This document shows, piece after piece, positions 1 to 11,779 of a stretch of DNA of 64,000 nt. The DNA comes from Callorhinchus milii (taxonomy: Eukaryota): the NCBI RefSeq assembly GCF_018977255.1, contig NW_024704771.1:2790001-2854000 (forward strand). Direction: 5' to 3'. How positions within the stretch are numbered: the first letter of the stretch is position 1; the number at the start of each line of letters is the position of its first letter. The notes below the pieces were generated by a model. The model was not told where the DNA came from, searched no databases, and saw only the letters and a program-made list of their open reading frames with translations. The position numbers and the translations under genes were made by a program.

Positions 1-291
1 TATTCAAGCCAGGACGTGATGAAAACGTGAATCATTGCTTCGGCAGCCTGGGGTGAGAGACAGTGGCGGAGATGGTCAATATTGCGGCGGTGGGGAAAGG
101 CGGAAAGGGTATATTATTGTATCTGCTGCTGTCCCAATAAGACACTCTCCCCTATCCCTCATACCTGATCCTCTAACACTGGTGATCAAGCCGGTTGCTC
201 TCCAAAGAGAAATAATTGCCAGATGCACAGCTGCAGGTGTAGAACAATGAGACTCGACTTTACACGAGTGAGTCTCCAAGCATAGACGTAC

Positions 292-355
292 CAGGAAAGC
301 CAATGAGTCCCAACGTAGGATAAAACACCTTTTCTATTTCTATTATTCCTCCCAT
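292..355 (-). CDS. Exon 1 of a GPR139-like GPCR whose exon 2 lies left of the window (MGGIIEIEKVFYPTLGLIGFP)
   Basis: Reverse complement gives ATG at 355, 21 codons plus G, then donor GTACGT. Same 64-nt length and phase as the four other exon 1 copies; downstream intron sequence is also homologous. Confidence 0.8.
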
Positions 356-434
356 TCTGAAGCAGTACTCGCTGGTCACCTTCCTGTTGTTGAAGGCTGA
401 AAAGCACCTCCTGTACATTCAGAGCGTCCCCCTG

Positions 435-440
435 TTTATA
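435..440 (-). promoter_or_regulatory. Candidate TATA box (TATAAA) of the leftmost GPCR gene
   Basis: TATAAA ~80 nt upstream of the ATG at 355, at the position where paralogs have TACAAAA. Confidence 0.5.
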
Positions 441-1029
441 GCTGGGATGCAGCTCCACTGGGACAGTGATTGCAGAAGCAGCAAATCACTTACTCATCTG
501 AACAAACATCTGATGCAGAAAATTTCACACAAGTCTCCATTCAATGCATTATTAATGAACAGCAGCAATATCTGTGGCAAGGAAGATGCTGGGCTCTACT
601 CCAAGATGCGCTATATACATGTAATTTTGTTGCTGTTGTTGATATTTTTAAAATCAGGTTAGTTTCACACCGCACTACCCTCTGCCGTGTTCCTTGGAGT
701 TTTGTAAACAGTTTTGCTCAATGCCCAGGTTATCGAAGTGCAAACCAGGAGGGGTCCTGCTCTTGATCCCACTGGTATGTGTGTATCTGTGAAACTATGG
801 TGAGGAGAGGTCAAGCACAGATGATTTCAAGGGCCATCAGCACCCATTAGATCCCATTGCAGAAGGAAAGGCAAACCAATGGAAAGAACATCAGACCATT
901 AATTCGGGCAATTTTTCGCCCTTCTGAACAACACATGAAAAGAGTGGCAGATGCGGCTCTGCATGTCCACTGCCACACAGCACTGGGAAATGGTTGACAG
1001 AATATTTTGTTTATTACTGTGTGTTCTAG

Positions 1030-1254
1030 AAAGTGAAGGCCACAGTCAGCCAACCATTAACGATAACAAGGCAAAGCTCTACATGCGGGCAGCGTATGGG
1101 TGATCGCCAAAGGTGGAAGTAAAGTGTCTCCAACAGGATCAGGTCAAAGACCATGCAGCAGATCAGCAACAGCCATTGCAATCAGCTAGCCGGTGTCACA
1201 TTTGCAGAGTCCAAACATTCCCTGAGCGAGGACTACAGTGGTCACTGTGATCGC
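1030..1254 (-). pseudogene. GPCR pseudogene 1, 5' half of exon 2 (inverted)
   Basis: Reverse complement: acceptor tgcag, then ITVTTVVLAQGMFGLCKCDTG*LIAMAVADLL...WLTVAFTF* with stops and frameshifts. Confidence 0.8.
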
Positions 1255-1877
1255 TGCAGTAAAGTCACAAACACAATCATACATTTCACTGGGCCTGGTA
1301 CTGTGAACAGCATTGACTCATGCTTGATCACGCCTCACAGTGAACTAGTAGAAATGATTCCATCTTTTGTGGTGGTGTCGTTTGTCAGGACACTGCTCAT
1401 AACGGACCAACCAATATATCTTAATGACAGGATTTGGATAGACAGACTGGTCATTCTCAGCAGAGATTCTATTCTATCACATGCATTCCTGTTAATGAAG
1501 CCCAAACTAGTTGGGTGGGACGTGTGACAGAGAAAGATCTCAATGGCAACTGGTTATACTTCAGCAATTATCATTCTCCACCAGCCCTCAACCCAATGGA
1601 GAGTCTTGAATCCTTAAACATTGCCTCGTGCTGAAATATGCCTCATAATCTACAAATAAATGGCGAAGCAGTCGACTGTTTCAAGGGAGAGTGTGTGCAC
1701 CCAAATCCAGATGCAAATAAACTTCATTGTGTAGGTGACAAATCTATCGGTTTAGATACTCCTAAGCACCTTATAGTTATTCCCAGAGAAAGATGACTGA
1801 CAGATCACAAACAGGCTCACTTTCATGAGAGGGAATGCGAACAACTTTACAAATCTTCACCCTTGAAGCACATCCTT

Positions 1878-2263
1878 CTGCTGCCATAACCTCAAAACCA
1901 AGTGCTACACCGAGAGGACAGTGGGGGTGGTAATCTGGACAATCTGTTTAGTTGTATATGTGGAGAACATCCCTATGTATTTCATCTATCAACTAGGATT
2001 GGTAGTCAATGGGCAGCCCTGGTAATGCTCCGTCAAGCCCACTCTTTACACCTATCTCACCTGGAGGGCCTTTGCCTGCGTCAGTGTCATTGTAAACCCA
2101 ACACTTCCCTTTACCCTCATCCTCCTCTTGAACACCCTGACCATCAGGTAATTGCTGGTTGACAGCAGGAAGCGCCAGAGTCTGCGGGAGGCAGCGAAGG
2201 GGAGGGACGAGGAGATGGAGAGCTGGTGGAAATCCGTAAACCTGCTCTTTACCATATCGGGCA
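1878..2263 (+). pseudogene. GPCR pseudogene 1, 3' part of exon 2 (CC..LKTKCYTERT to LLFTISG), truncated within TM6
   Basis: Clear homology to 17155-17539; ORF 2152-2367 contains SLREAAKGRDEEMESWWKSVNLLFTISG; 3'UTR-like homology follows from ~2350. Confidence 0.85.
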
Positions 2264-3299
2264 CTGAGCTACAGGACTGCACAGTTGGCACAAAGATTTA
2301 TGAGGAAACGAGTTTCCTGATGTTTGTGAGCAGATGTTGTTCAGCCAATCATCATGTTGTGAGATGAATGTACTGTCTTCTAGAATTCTCTTCAATTGGA
2401 GTTTTTGGAATTTTGATGTGAAGTTCATCGCTATGACTCCTATTCCATATTTGTAAAATTTGTGTTCTGTTTATTCTGTTACCTCTGTCTGTCTTTATGA
2501 ATTCCTCTAACCTGTCAGTAAACATTTGGATTTCGTGGGGAAAGCTGATGTGTGGAAGAGACTGTGAATGAAGCCAGAGATTATACACACATTGTGTGAG
2601 CGAATACAGAGACTTCACATAACAATCTTTGCATTTCATATAATAATCCTTGCATTTGGTGTGTCGACTTATCATGGCAGAAGGACAACAACAACTTGCA
2701 TTGATATAGCGCCGATCGCACGGGTTGCGGTCTTGGAACCCTTAACAATGGTGGTCGAAGACGAAGGTCTTCATGCACGATCTGTTAAAAGGAAAGGAGA
2801 GGGCAAGTTGGAGGGATCGAGTGAGAGATTTACAAAGTTTATAGGTGCCGTGGCTGAAAGCATGGCTTCCAATACTGGAGCAGATGCAACATGGAACCAG
2901 CAGGAAGCCAGAACCAGCTGAATTGAGGCAATGGGTAGTTGGGGGGGTGGTGAGAAAATCGGAAAAGTAGCGGCGAGGTGCCAGGGTTTGAAAGGATTAT
3001 GTGCAGGTTACCTATCGATTTGACATATTCTAGGGAAAGTCCGGGGCGTTTGAAAAGAGTCAGAGCTGCAGGAGAGAAGACGTTGACAGCAGCAAAGAGA
3101 TATGGCTTCTGTCTCGTCGATGTTCAGCTGCCAGAAATTTACATTTATCCAGACCTTGATGTTTGCCAAACAAGCTGAAAGAACAACAATAAAAAAAGCT
3201 TGCCTTTATATAGCGCCCTTCACATGGGGTAGCATCCTGGAGCTCTTGACAGTGATGGAGAATGACCCATGAGCTGGGGGGAGTGTGGGGGTGGGGGAA

Positions 3300-3890
3300 A
3301 TAACCGTAAGCATGATCAAAAATCAAGGTCTTTTGGCGGGATTTGAAAGTGGGGAGGGAGAGGTTAAGGCGGAGGGATTGAGAGGGAGAGTTCCAGAGCT
3401 GCGAGGTATAGTCGCTGAAAATATGCTCGCAGATGGTGGAGCCGAGCGGGCGAGGGACAAAAGGAAGTCGGAGCAGGCCAAGTGGAGGCAGCGGGTGGTG
3501 GAGTGGGGAGTAAGGAGGTCAGATACGTGGGGAGGTATGAGGTCTTGAAGGGATTTGTAAAAGAGTGACAATATTGAAGTTGATCAATTCTGTAATTGGG
3601 ACCCATTGGAGCCTAACAAAGACTCCTGGGATACCCCCACAAGTGACTAAGCGGAGGAGAGAGGAGAAATCATTTAGCAAGATGAACTGTTGGTGATTTT
3701 TTAAGTGGAATTCAACCATTCGAGTGCAGTCCCACGATAGTAGAAGGGAGAGGAGAAGGGGTGGAGGAGGATGGCATGATCGGTGGTGGAATGGTCCAGG
3801 ATAACGAGGAGCCTTGGACAGGGTGAAAACCGGACTACAGTGGTTTGAGCAGGGAGTGGAGGCAGTGCTGTAAAATAAATATGGGGCAAG
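3300..3890 (-). mobile_element. Degraded L2-like LINE fragments
   Basis: Translations such as LLVILDHSTTDHAILLHPFSS and LFYKSLQDLIPPHVSDLLTP match the L2 reverse-transcriptase and 3' end seen at 42840-44420 and 63040-64000. Confidence 0.5.
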
Positions 3891-4019
3891 TTCCGTGTCC
3901 TATCACACCCATGTAATACTCTTTAGAAGGTCTGAGCCAGGCTGATCCACAGTCCTACAAAGCAATGCAGGCAACTTCTAATTGCACTGGACGGTCAATT
4001 CTTCTATCTTCACAGCTCA

Positions 4020-4232
4020 ATACTTCATCCCCTGATGTGTGGTTTGTGACTCCCACCTATAAAAGGGGGCAAGTCTGAAGGGAGATGGGATTTTCTGCCT
4101 ACAGCAACAGTCCTTTCTCCAGTGAGAATATTGGGTTATTTACAAGGATCTCTCACTCCTTCAAAGCTGAGTCTCACTGCACCACAGCTCCGGCCGTGCA
4201 CCTGTGGCTTTGATCAAGGAGAGCAACCAACT
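4020..4232 (+). promoter_or_regulatory. Decayed promoter/exon-1 module (TATAAAA at 4058; coding part and splice donor deleted)
   Basis: Homologous to 11610-11890 both upstream of the ATG and in the proximal intron, but lacks the 64-nt coding exon; ATG appears as ATA. Confidence 0.55.
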
Positions 4233-4842
4233 TAGTGTGGGAAAGTATGTTGGAGGTGGTGTGCTGGATTTTGTGGATTTTGTGCATAGTGAAGCTGGGG
4301 AGACCAGTGAGGAGGGCATTTGTGTAATCAAAGTGGGAGATGGTGCGAATGCGTAGATAAGGGATTCGGTTCCATTGCCAATAAGGTACGGTCAGAGAAG
4401 CTCAATGTGGCGGAGGAGGAAAGAGGTCCTGGTACCACAGAGTGAATGAGGATGGCCATTACCTGTAATCTTGGTCCCAAGATGTTATGCAAAAAGATAC
4501 TATGTGAAACAAAAGAATTATTATTATTGAACATTGGATGATCTGAGAGTAGATGAGGAACTACTGGATGAGTTTGAGCTGTATAATTTATAAAAAGTTT
4601 TAGAGAGGATCTGATATAAAAAAAATTCTACCAGGTAAACGCATGCTAAATAAACTATCTGTGATTAAGAAACTAAACGAAGAACAATTTTTTCACGGTG
4701 TGCCAAGACGCAACTTCACAGTTATGAAGGGTAAAATCATGAAACAATTATTATTACTGAGAAGACGTGATACATACTAAATCATTAAAATATGCTATTA
4801 TATCGTGTCAAATATGCAATTGGGGTTGAGAAAGTAATAATA

Positions 4843-5090
4843 ATAATAATTCTTACATTTGATATAGCGCTTTTCACGTCTTCTAGACGTCCCAAAGCGC
4901 TTCACAGAATATACTGTAAAGTGAATTGACCGTATATTTGTGGGCGAACGCGGCAGCCAATTGCGCACAGCAGCGGCCCACAAACAGTCGTGGATTGAAA
5001 ATGACCAATTTATTATTGTTTTTTGTTTTTTTGGAGGGATTATCATTAGGCGTGTGGAGTAAGAAAACTTGCCCAAGATTTCGCCCTACC
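4843..5090 (-). mobile_element. SINE, 3' part with (TTA)n tail
   Basis: Very similar to the full-length copy at 46147-46470. Confidence 0.75.
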
Positions 5091-5119
5091 TGGAAGTAAC
5101 AGCCTGCTGCAGGGGTAAC

Positions 5120-5465
5120 ACGTTTTCCTCTGAGTCAGAAGTTTATGGGATCCAGCCACGTCAGGACTTGGAATCATGAGGTCTAAGATGACACTCCATT
5201 GCACGCAGTGCTGGGAGATTGTTGAAGTTTCTGTCATTCAGTTGAGGGAATAAACCAAAGTCCCATCTGCATGTGGAGCTGTCCTGGCGTACAAATCCCC
5301 CCAAAATGTAGCTGTTTGTGGGACATTTATGTGCACCACTGGCTGCCAAATTTCAACAAACAAAATACAGAGTCAAATCACGTTACTGTATATTATGTGA
5401 AGCACTTTGAGACCTCTCAATGATGTGGTCAGGTGGTATATCAAACGCAATGATTATTATTACTA
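5120..5465 (+). mobile_element. Degraded Deu-domain SINE
   Basis: ctctgagtcagaag head, gatgacactccattgca...gtgctggga core, tail ending tgattattattac; paralog at ~15915-16285. Confidence 0.5.
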
Positions 5466-5507
5466 GTTTCAAATTTACCCAAAGACGCAGGTCCACGATT
5501 TTGTAGT

Positions 5508-5890
5508 GTTCTGTAGCTCAGTGGTTAGAGCACTTTCATCACAAGCGGGAGACCGGTATTTGATGCACGCCAGAACAAAACCTTGGGCAAATTTCTTACT
5601 TCACAAGCCTCTGTTTACACAGCAGTTCGTAGGAATCCGGTTGTATTTGATTGGTGAATTGGTGGATTGCTTTTCTGGGTGGAATAATTCTTTCATTTTT
5701 TAAAAAAAAAGTAAGTTGGTTACTTCGATCCATGACTGTTTGTGGAACACTGCTGTGCGCAATTGGCTGCCGCGTTTCTCCCACAAAATATACGGTCAAT
5801 TCACTTTACAGTATATTCTGTGAAGCGCTTTGAGATGTCTCGAAGATGTGACAAGGCGCTATATCAAATGCAAGGATAATTACTATTGTT
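5508..5890 (+). mobile_element. tRNA-derived SINE, near full length
   Basis: ctgtagctcagtggttagagcac A-box head and tail gcgctatatcaaatgcaaggataattac. Confidence 0.75.
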
Positions 5891-6659
5891 ATGTTGGTCA
5901 AATTTAGGACAAAACTATTTCAATACACAGAGATGGAATCTGGGACTGAAAGGCTTACCACGATGTAAGGCAGAAGCTGAGATTTTGTAACATTTTTAAG
6001 AAGCAGCTGGATGCTGTGAAATTAGGGACAAATGGTTTCGATTGAAATGAAATGAACCGATTCAAGAATGAAGGTCTGAAATTCTATTCAAATTCCCTCA
6101 GATGAAAGTGATTCAGGCTCGCTATCTGTTAGGCACCTCTCTCTGGGGAAAACTAATAGGTGCTTAAGAGTATCTAAACCCATAGAAGTCTACACATGTT
6201 TACCATGGACACAATTAAATTTATTTGTGTCTGGAATGGGGTTCACAGTCTCTCCATTGAAACAGTCGACTGCTTACCAATTTCTTTGTAGAGTATGAGA
6301 AAATTTCGGCATGAGATAATATTTAACGATCCAAGACTTTGCATTGGGTTGAGGTGGGGTGGAGAGTGGAGATTGGTAATTACTGGAGCATAACCAGTTG
6401 CCATTGAGATCGTTCACACTTCCCACCCGACGAGTTTGTGCTTCATTAACAGGAACGCAGGAGATAGAATCACTGCTCAGAATTAATAGTCTGTCTCTCC
6501 AATTCCTACATACCAGTTGGTCTGTTCTCAGCAATGCCGTGACAAATGAGACCTCCACAAAGGATGGAATAATTTCCACTAGCCCATCAAGCATGAGCCA
6601 GTGCTGCTCACAGTGCGAGAGCCAGTGAAATGTATAATTATGTTTGTAACTTTTCTGCA

Positions 6660-7352
6660 CGATTGATTTGACCATTATGGTCCTCACCTAGGGAATGTGT
6701 GGGCTCTCCAAATGTGTCACATAACTCATCGCAACGGTTGTTGCCGATCTGCTGACCCAACCCAACTGTCCAGCGCCTTGGGACGTCATCCTGACGTGAA
6801 AGGCGCTCTATAAATGAAATCTTGTTGTTGTTGCTAATCATGGTCTTTGAAGTGATCTTGTATGAGACACCTTACTTCTACCTTCCGCACTCACTCACAT
6901 ACCGAACACCTGTGTGCCACCTGCACGTGGTGCTTTTCTTTGTTATCATCGAATCCTCTGACTGGATGACGTACGGCCTTCAGCTTCAACTGATTCACTG
7001 CAATTTGCTGCCCAAAGTTCAAAATAAAATACTGCAACGAGAGGAGAGCGGGTGTGGTGATCTGGACAATCTGTGCAGTTTTATGCATGGAGAACATCTG
7101 CCAATCATGGTTGGTAATCAATGGGCAGCCCTGGTACTGCTCCATCAAGCCCTATGTTTAAACCTCTCCAGCCTGGAGGGTCTTTGCCTGATTGGATGTA
7201 ATTGCAAACCCACTGTTTCCCTTCATCCTCATCCTCCTCATCAACATCCTGACTATCAGACATGTGCTGATGGTCCGCAGGGTGGGCCAAGGTCAGCGAG
7301 GGCTGTGAAATCGAGGGGTGAGGAGATGGTGAACTGGTGGAAACCCATAATC
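6660..7352 (+). pseudogene. GPCR pseudogene 2 (exon 2 with stops, frameshifts, retro-insertion, TM6-7 deleted)
   Basis: Homology to 16889-17519; acceptor lost (tgcac instead of tgcag), TAG in VLT*GMCG, ~80-nt insertion after ADLL, and a jump to 3'UTR homology after WWKPII. Confidence 0.85.
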
Positions 7353-9439
7353 GGAATGTGAAGTTCATCTTTTGTCTCCTGTATTATAGTTTGTGATAGT
7401 TGTGTTCTGTATATTCATTACTCTTTATGTCTTTATTAAATTCCTCTAACCTGTAAGTAAATAGTTTGTATTTCATCTGGAAGAGACTGTGAATGAAGTC
7501 TGAGACTCCACAAAGTCAATTATACAAACAGAGTGTGATCAAATACAGACTCTACTCAGTCACTTATATACATAGCCTGGGAGCAAATTGAGGCACTCCA
7601 CATAACAGTCGTTACATTTAATATAATAATCCTTGCAGTTGGCATAGTGCATTATCAAGGCAGAAGTACAACAGCAACTTGCATTGACAGAGCGCTAATC
7701 AAACGGTCTAGGTTCTTGGAACTCTTGACAGTGGTGGTCAAAGAGGAAGGACTTCATGATCTGTAAAAGCAAAGGAGATGGTAAGGTTGAGGAATTGAGT
7801 GAGAGAATTTCAATGTTTCGAGGTGTAGTGGCTGAAAGCTTGGCTGACAATGGTTGAGCGGATGGTACATGGGCAGAGCAGGAGACTGTGATCAGCTGAG
7901 TGGAGGCAGTGGGTGATGGTGGGGGAGTGAACAGAAAGCTAGTGAGGTGTCAGGGCAGTAAGGGATTATGTGCGGGTTATGTATAGATTTGGTAAATTTT
8001 AGGGGAAGTCTGGCAAGTTTGAGGAGGTCAGAGCCACAGGAGAGAATATGTTGACAGCAGCCAAGGAGTATGGCCTCTATCTGGGCCATGTTAAGCTTCG
8101 AAAAACTGCTTTCATCCAAGATTTTATGTTTGACAAACAAGCTTACAAAACAACAACTGCAATAAAAACAGCTTGCATTTATATAGCACTTGAAGCCGGG
8201 CAAACATCGGACTGGAGGAGTTCAAGCAGGGCATGGAGGTAGAGTTGTGAGCAAAGTTGATTTGCAATAATACGTTCCAAAACTTTGGCTAGGAAGAGTA
8301 TTTCACAAAACATATTAAAGGTGCTGTAAGACTTCAATACATGAAAGATAAAATATCTAGGCTTTTGATTTATATGTGGAAAATATAAACATGGAACACA
8401 TTCCATGTCCTACCCACAACCATGTAACACTCTTCAGTAGTACTGAGCCAGGTGAGTTCTCTGTTCTACAAGGCAATATAGGTGACAGAACAGCCCGCAT
8501 GGCCCATTTCCAGGGATTCGATTGTTATACGGGCTAGAAACTATTCTTAATTTGCTTCGGTCAACATTGCAAGCCAAAGTTTTGAATGATAGGATAGTCA
8601 CAGCTGGACCAACAGTTGAAAGATTGTCAGACAGTCCTCTCAATGACAAGCGACCCATTATGAGCTGGGTAATCTACAGCAGGCCTCCAACAAACAATGT
8701 TGGTTCCCCAAACATTTGCTCCCACCAATATGTGCCTGACATTGCCATGAATTAGGTAAATAGGATGCATTTCTCCAAATCTAGTAGTTGAGTGGGGGGT
8801 AAGCAAATTGGATAGCATTCCTTTCCAGACACAGGAACAATTCCATCGGTAGAGCTACACTAATAATTGAAACTAGTTTAGACAACCTGAAGGAAGGCAA
8901 TAGACAGGAAATATGCGGTGACTAGAATAAATACTTTAATGTGATTAATAATAGGTTGCCTAAAGAAACAAGAATACAAGAAACAACCTAACTTGAGCTG
9001 GAATACACATTCTGGATAAAATCCAAGATTTGGCCTATTATTTCCGCAGCTTCAGTTTCATGACGTAAATTTGGTTGAAAGTCTTATGGAAGTCAATGAA
9101 CCAAACGTAGTTAAGTTTCCCATTATCTGCAACCTGACCCACATTCCTCATGAGAACAAAGCCATCCTGTTCCTTCTGGATCAAACCATGAGTTCTAATT
9201 CATGCGATACACGTGCAGTTTCTATGTAAAACAACAGAAGGTTAGCGAGAATGTGATATTCAACTGTCAAGTATGTCACGTCGGGGGCAGTTCAAATTCA
9301 ACAAGACCCTGCTTATGTTACCTCTCGTGCCCAAATGAAGTGTTTGCCAATTCACTCACAAATCTCCTCTTGATTTGCCTCCTTTTCCCTTCCACACACT
9401 CTGGACCGTCAATCTCTCCATCTTCTCAGCTCGATCCTT

Positions 9440-9690
9440 TATCCCCAGACGTGCAGTGTTTGACTCCCGCCTATAAAAAGTGGCCATGTCTGAAGGGAGA
9501 TGGGATAGCTTTTCGCCTTCAGCAACATTCAGTTGTCCAGTGAGAATGTGGGGTTGTTTGCAAGGATCTCTCACTCCTTCAAAGCCGAGTGTCACCGCTC
9601 CACAGCTCTGGCTGTGCACCTGGTGCTTTGCTCAAGAAGGGCAACCAGCCCGATCATGAGAAAAATCAGGAATGTCAGACGAAATAGGTG
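9440..9690 (+). promoter_or_regulatory. Shadow promoter module upstream of GPCR gene 1 (TATAAAAA at 9472, ATG at 9546)
   Basis: Homology to the real promoter and proximal intron at 11610-11890; exon body and GT donor deleted. Confidence 0.55.
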
Positions 9691-10039
9691 CCACTCTTGT
9701 TGCCGTGGCAACTACAACAACAACAACAAGATTACACTTGTATAGCGCCTTTCACGTCGGGAGGATGTCCCAAGGCGCTGGACAGAGTACAGCATTTTAG
9801 ATCCGAGCTGGGGTCGGGGGGAGAGGGGCGGGGGAAGAGGGGGTGGCCGATGGTATGGTCGAAGAGGAGGGTCTTGAGGCAGGACTCGAAGGAGGCTAAA
9901 GAATACAATCATCCACTAATGGTATACTTGCTATAGTAAAGCATCTCTATATTGGGAAAGGCAAATAAATTGATAGTTGGTTTTGGGCACCTGATTTCTG
10001 AGGAGAGGCTACAGTTTAGACTTGTTTGGCGTTGTTTGT

Positions 10040-10760
10040 AGAATCTTACATTACAGAAGAAGGCCATTTAGCCCATCTTGCATATGTTTCCTCTTTAAAG
10101 AACTATTCAAGTTATCCCATTACCCCACTCGTATCCTATTGCCCTGCAAATTTTTCTTTTTCAAGTCATCATCCAATTCTTTTTGATAGCTACTATCCAA
10201 TCTGCTTGCACCACACTTTCAAGATTTACAATCCAGATCATAACAGCTCTCTGGGTAAAAAAAATATTCTCCATGTCTCCCTTCTGGTTGCTTTGCTAAT
10301 ATTAAAATCATGCCAGGACCTTCGAGAGAATGCAAAGGAGATTTACCTAATGATTCCAGGAATTACTGAATTGAATTGTGTAAAGATACTGGAGAGGCTG
10401 GGATTGTTCTCCTTAGAGCAGAGAAAGCTAAGGGAATATTCAATGGAGGTGTTCAAAATTCTGAGCTGTTTTGATAGAGTAAATAGGAAGAAACTGTGAC
10501 TTCTGGTAGCGAATCCATTAGCCTCTCCAAGTTTGTGACCTTCTTCCAAAAGTGCAGTGCCCAGAAATGGACACAATACTCCAACTAAGACCTAACCAGC
10601 AATTTGTAAAGACTCAACATAACTTTCTTGTTTTTATAACACTATGCTTCTACTGATAAAGGCAGGATTTCAAGTGCTTCTTTTACAGTTTTGTCAACTT
10701 ATTCTAACACTTTAAAAGATTTGAGTATGTGAATCCCCAGGTCTCTCTGTTCCCGAAGGA
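10040..10760 (-). mobile_element. CR1 LINE 3' fragment with an internally inverted ~200-bp segment (10310-10520 on +)
   Basis: Minus strand: QRDLGIHI...LYKLLVRS*LEYCVQFW and FFTQR 3' end. Plus strand: MIPG...LERLGLFSLEQRKLR...VFKILSCFDRV. Confidence 0.75.
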
Positions 10761-10769
10761 GAGAAGACT

Positions 10770-11010
10770 TTGATGGGAGCCAAAGAATATGGCTTCTGTC
10801 TCGTCGACATTCATCTGCAGGAAATTTCCATTCATCCAAGCATTGATATCCGTCCATCAGGCTGACGGAACATCAGTGGACTGGGAGTCGCAGATGGATG
10901 TGGAGAATTAGATTTGGGTGTCATGCACAAACATGTTGAAGTTGATCCCATGTCTGTGGATGACATCGCCGAGACAGACTTTGTAAATAAGGAACGAAGG
11001 GGGTCATAAA
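10770..11010 (-). mobile_element. L2-like RT fragment
   Basis: GDVIHRHGINFNMFVHDTQI...DINAWMNGNFLQMNVDETEAIFFGS, the degenerate YADD region. Confidence 0.65.
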
Positions 11011-11239
11011 TGGAGCGGTGAGTTTTTCCCACAAGTGACTGGACAGGGACCGGAGGNAAAAATATTTGCTGAGATGTATTGCTGCTGTCTTCCTAAGTAG
11101 AACTCGAAGCAAAAAATGTTTAATTAATGCTCTAAGTTTCTTCCCATTGGGCTGCTCCTACATGCTTGCTGTGGACCCACCCAACTGATATTGAAGGCTG
11201 CTTGCCCTCCAATACCGAACTGCAAATAACCTCTCCTCA

Positions 11240-11310
11240 CAATACACAAGCCCACACAGACAAACAAAAATACACACACACAAACACGCATACACACACG
11301 CTCACAAACT
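11240..11310 (+). repeat. Imperfect (CA)n tract upstream of GPCR promoter
   Basis: CA-rich run; equivalents at 21440-21540, 39050-39135 and 52445-52535. Confidence 0.7.
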
Positions 11311-11715
11311 TCCACAAGAACGATGAGGCGCAGGAACACTTTCATGATTATTTTGAATGCTTTTTATACTGATTTCCAACTCCATATTCTGGGTCTTAAA
11401 CGAACGCTTTGCAATACTCCAAGCAACAAACTATGACTGCGCAATTTGTGACTAACAGCTGTGCACCTGAACGCAACACATCTGGAGATGGTGTTCATCA
11501 TCTTGCTTGCTCTGTTTATTGCTGCTGTTTTTTTATTAAAAAATGCATTAGCTGGGGAGTGTCATGAATGTAGTTCCCTCCAGATGTTCTTGCTTCTTTA
11601 ATCAGTGTCCCAGTGGACATGATTTGCAGCTACAAAAAGAGGGAAGCTCTGAAGGGATGAGAAGTCATTTTCAACCTTCAGCATTAGGGAGGTTGCCAGC
11701 CAGCACTGCTTGAGA

Positions 11716-11779
11716 ATGGTGGGAGTGATAGAAATAACAAAGGTGTTTTATCCTCTGTTGGGACTCGTTGGTTTTCCTG
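11716..11779 (+). CDS. GPR139/GPR142-like GPCR gene 1, exon 1 (MVGVIEITKVFYPLLGLVGFP)
   Basis: ATG in context AGAATGG; 64 nt; donor CTG|GTAAGT, phase 1; joins in frame to 16889. Confidence 0.85.

Noticed and set aside
670-1020. Possible LTR-retrotransposon integrase remnant (QTNG-like motif)
   Set aside because: One weak motif only; not supportable without a search.
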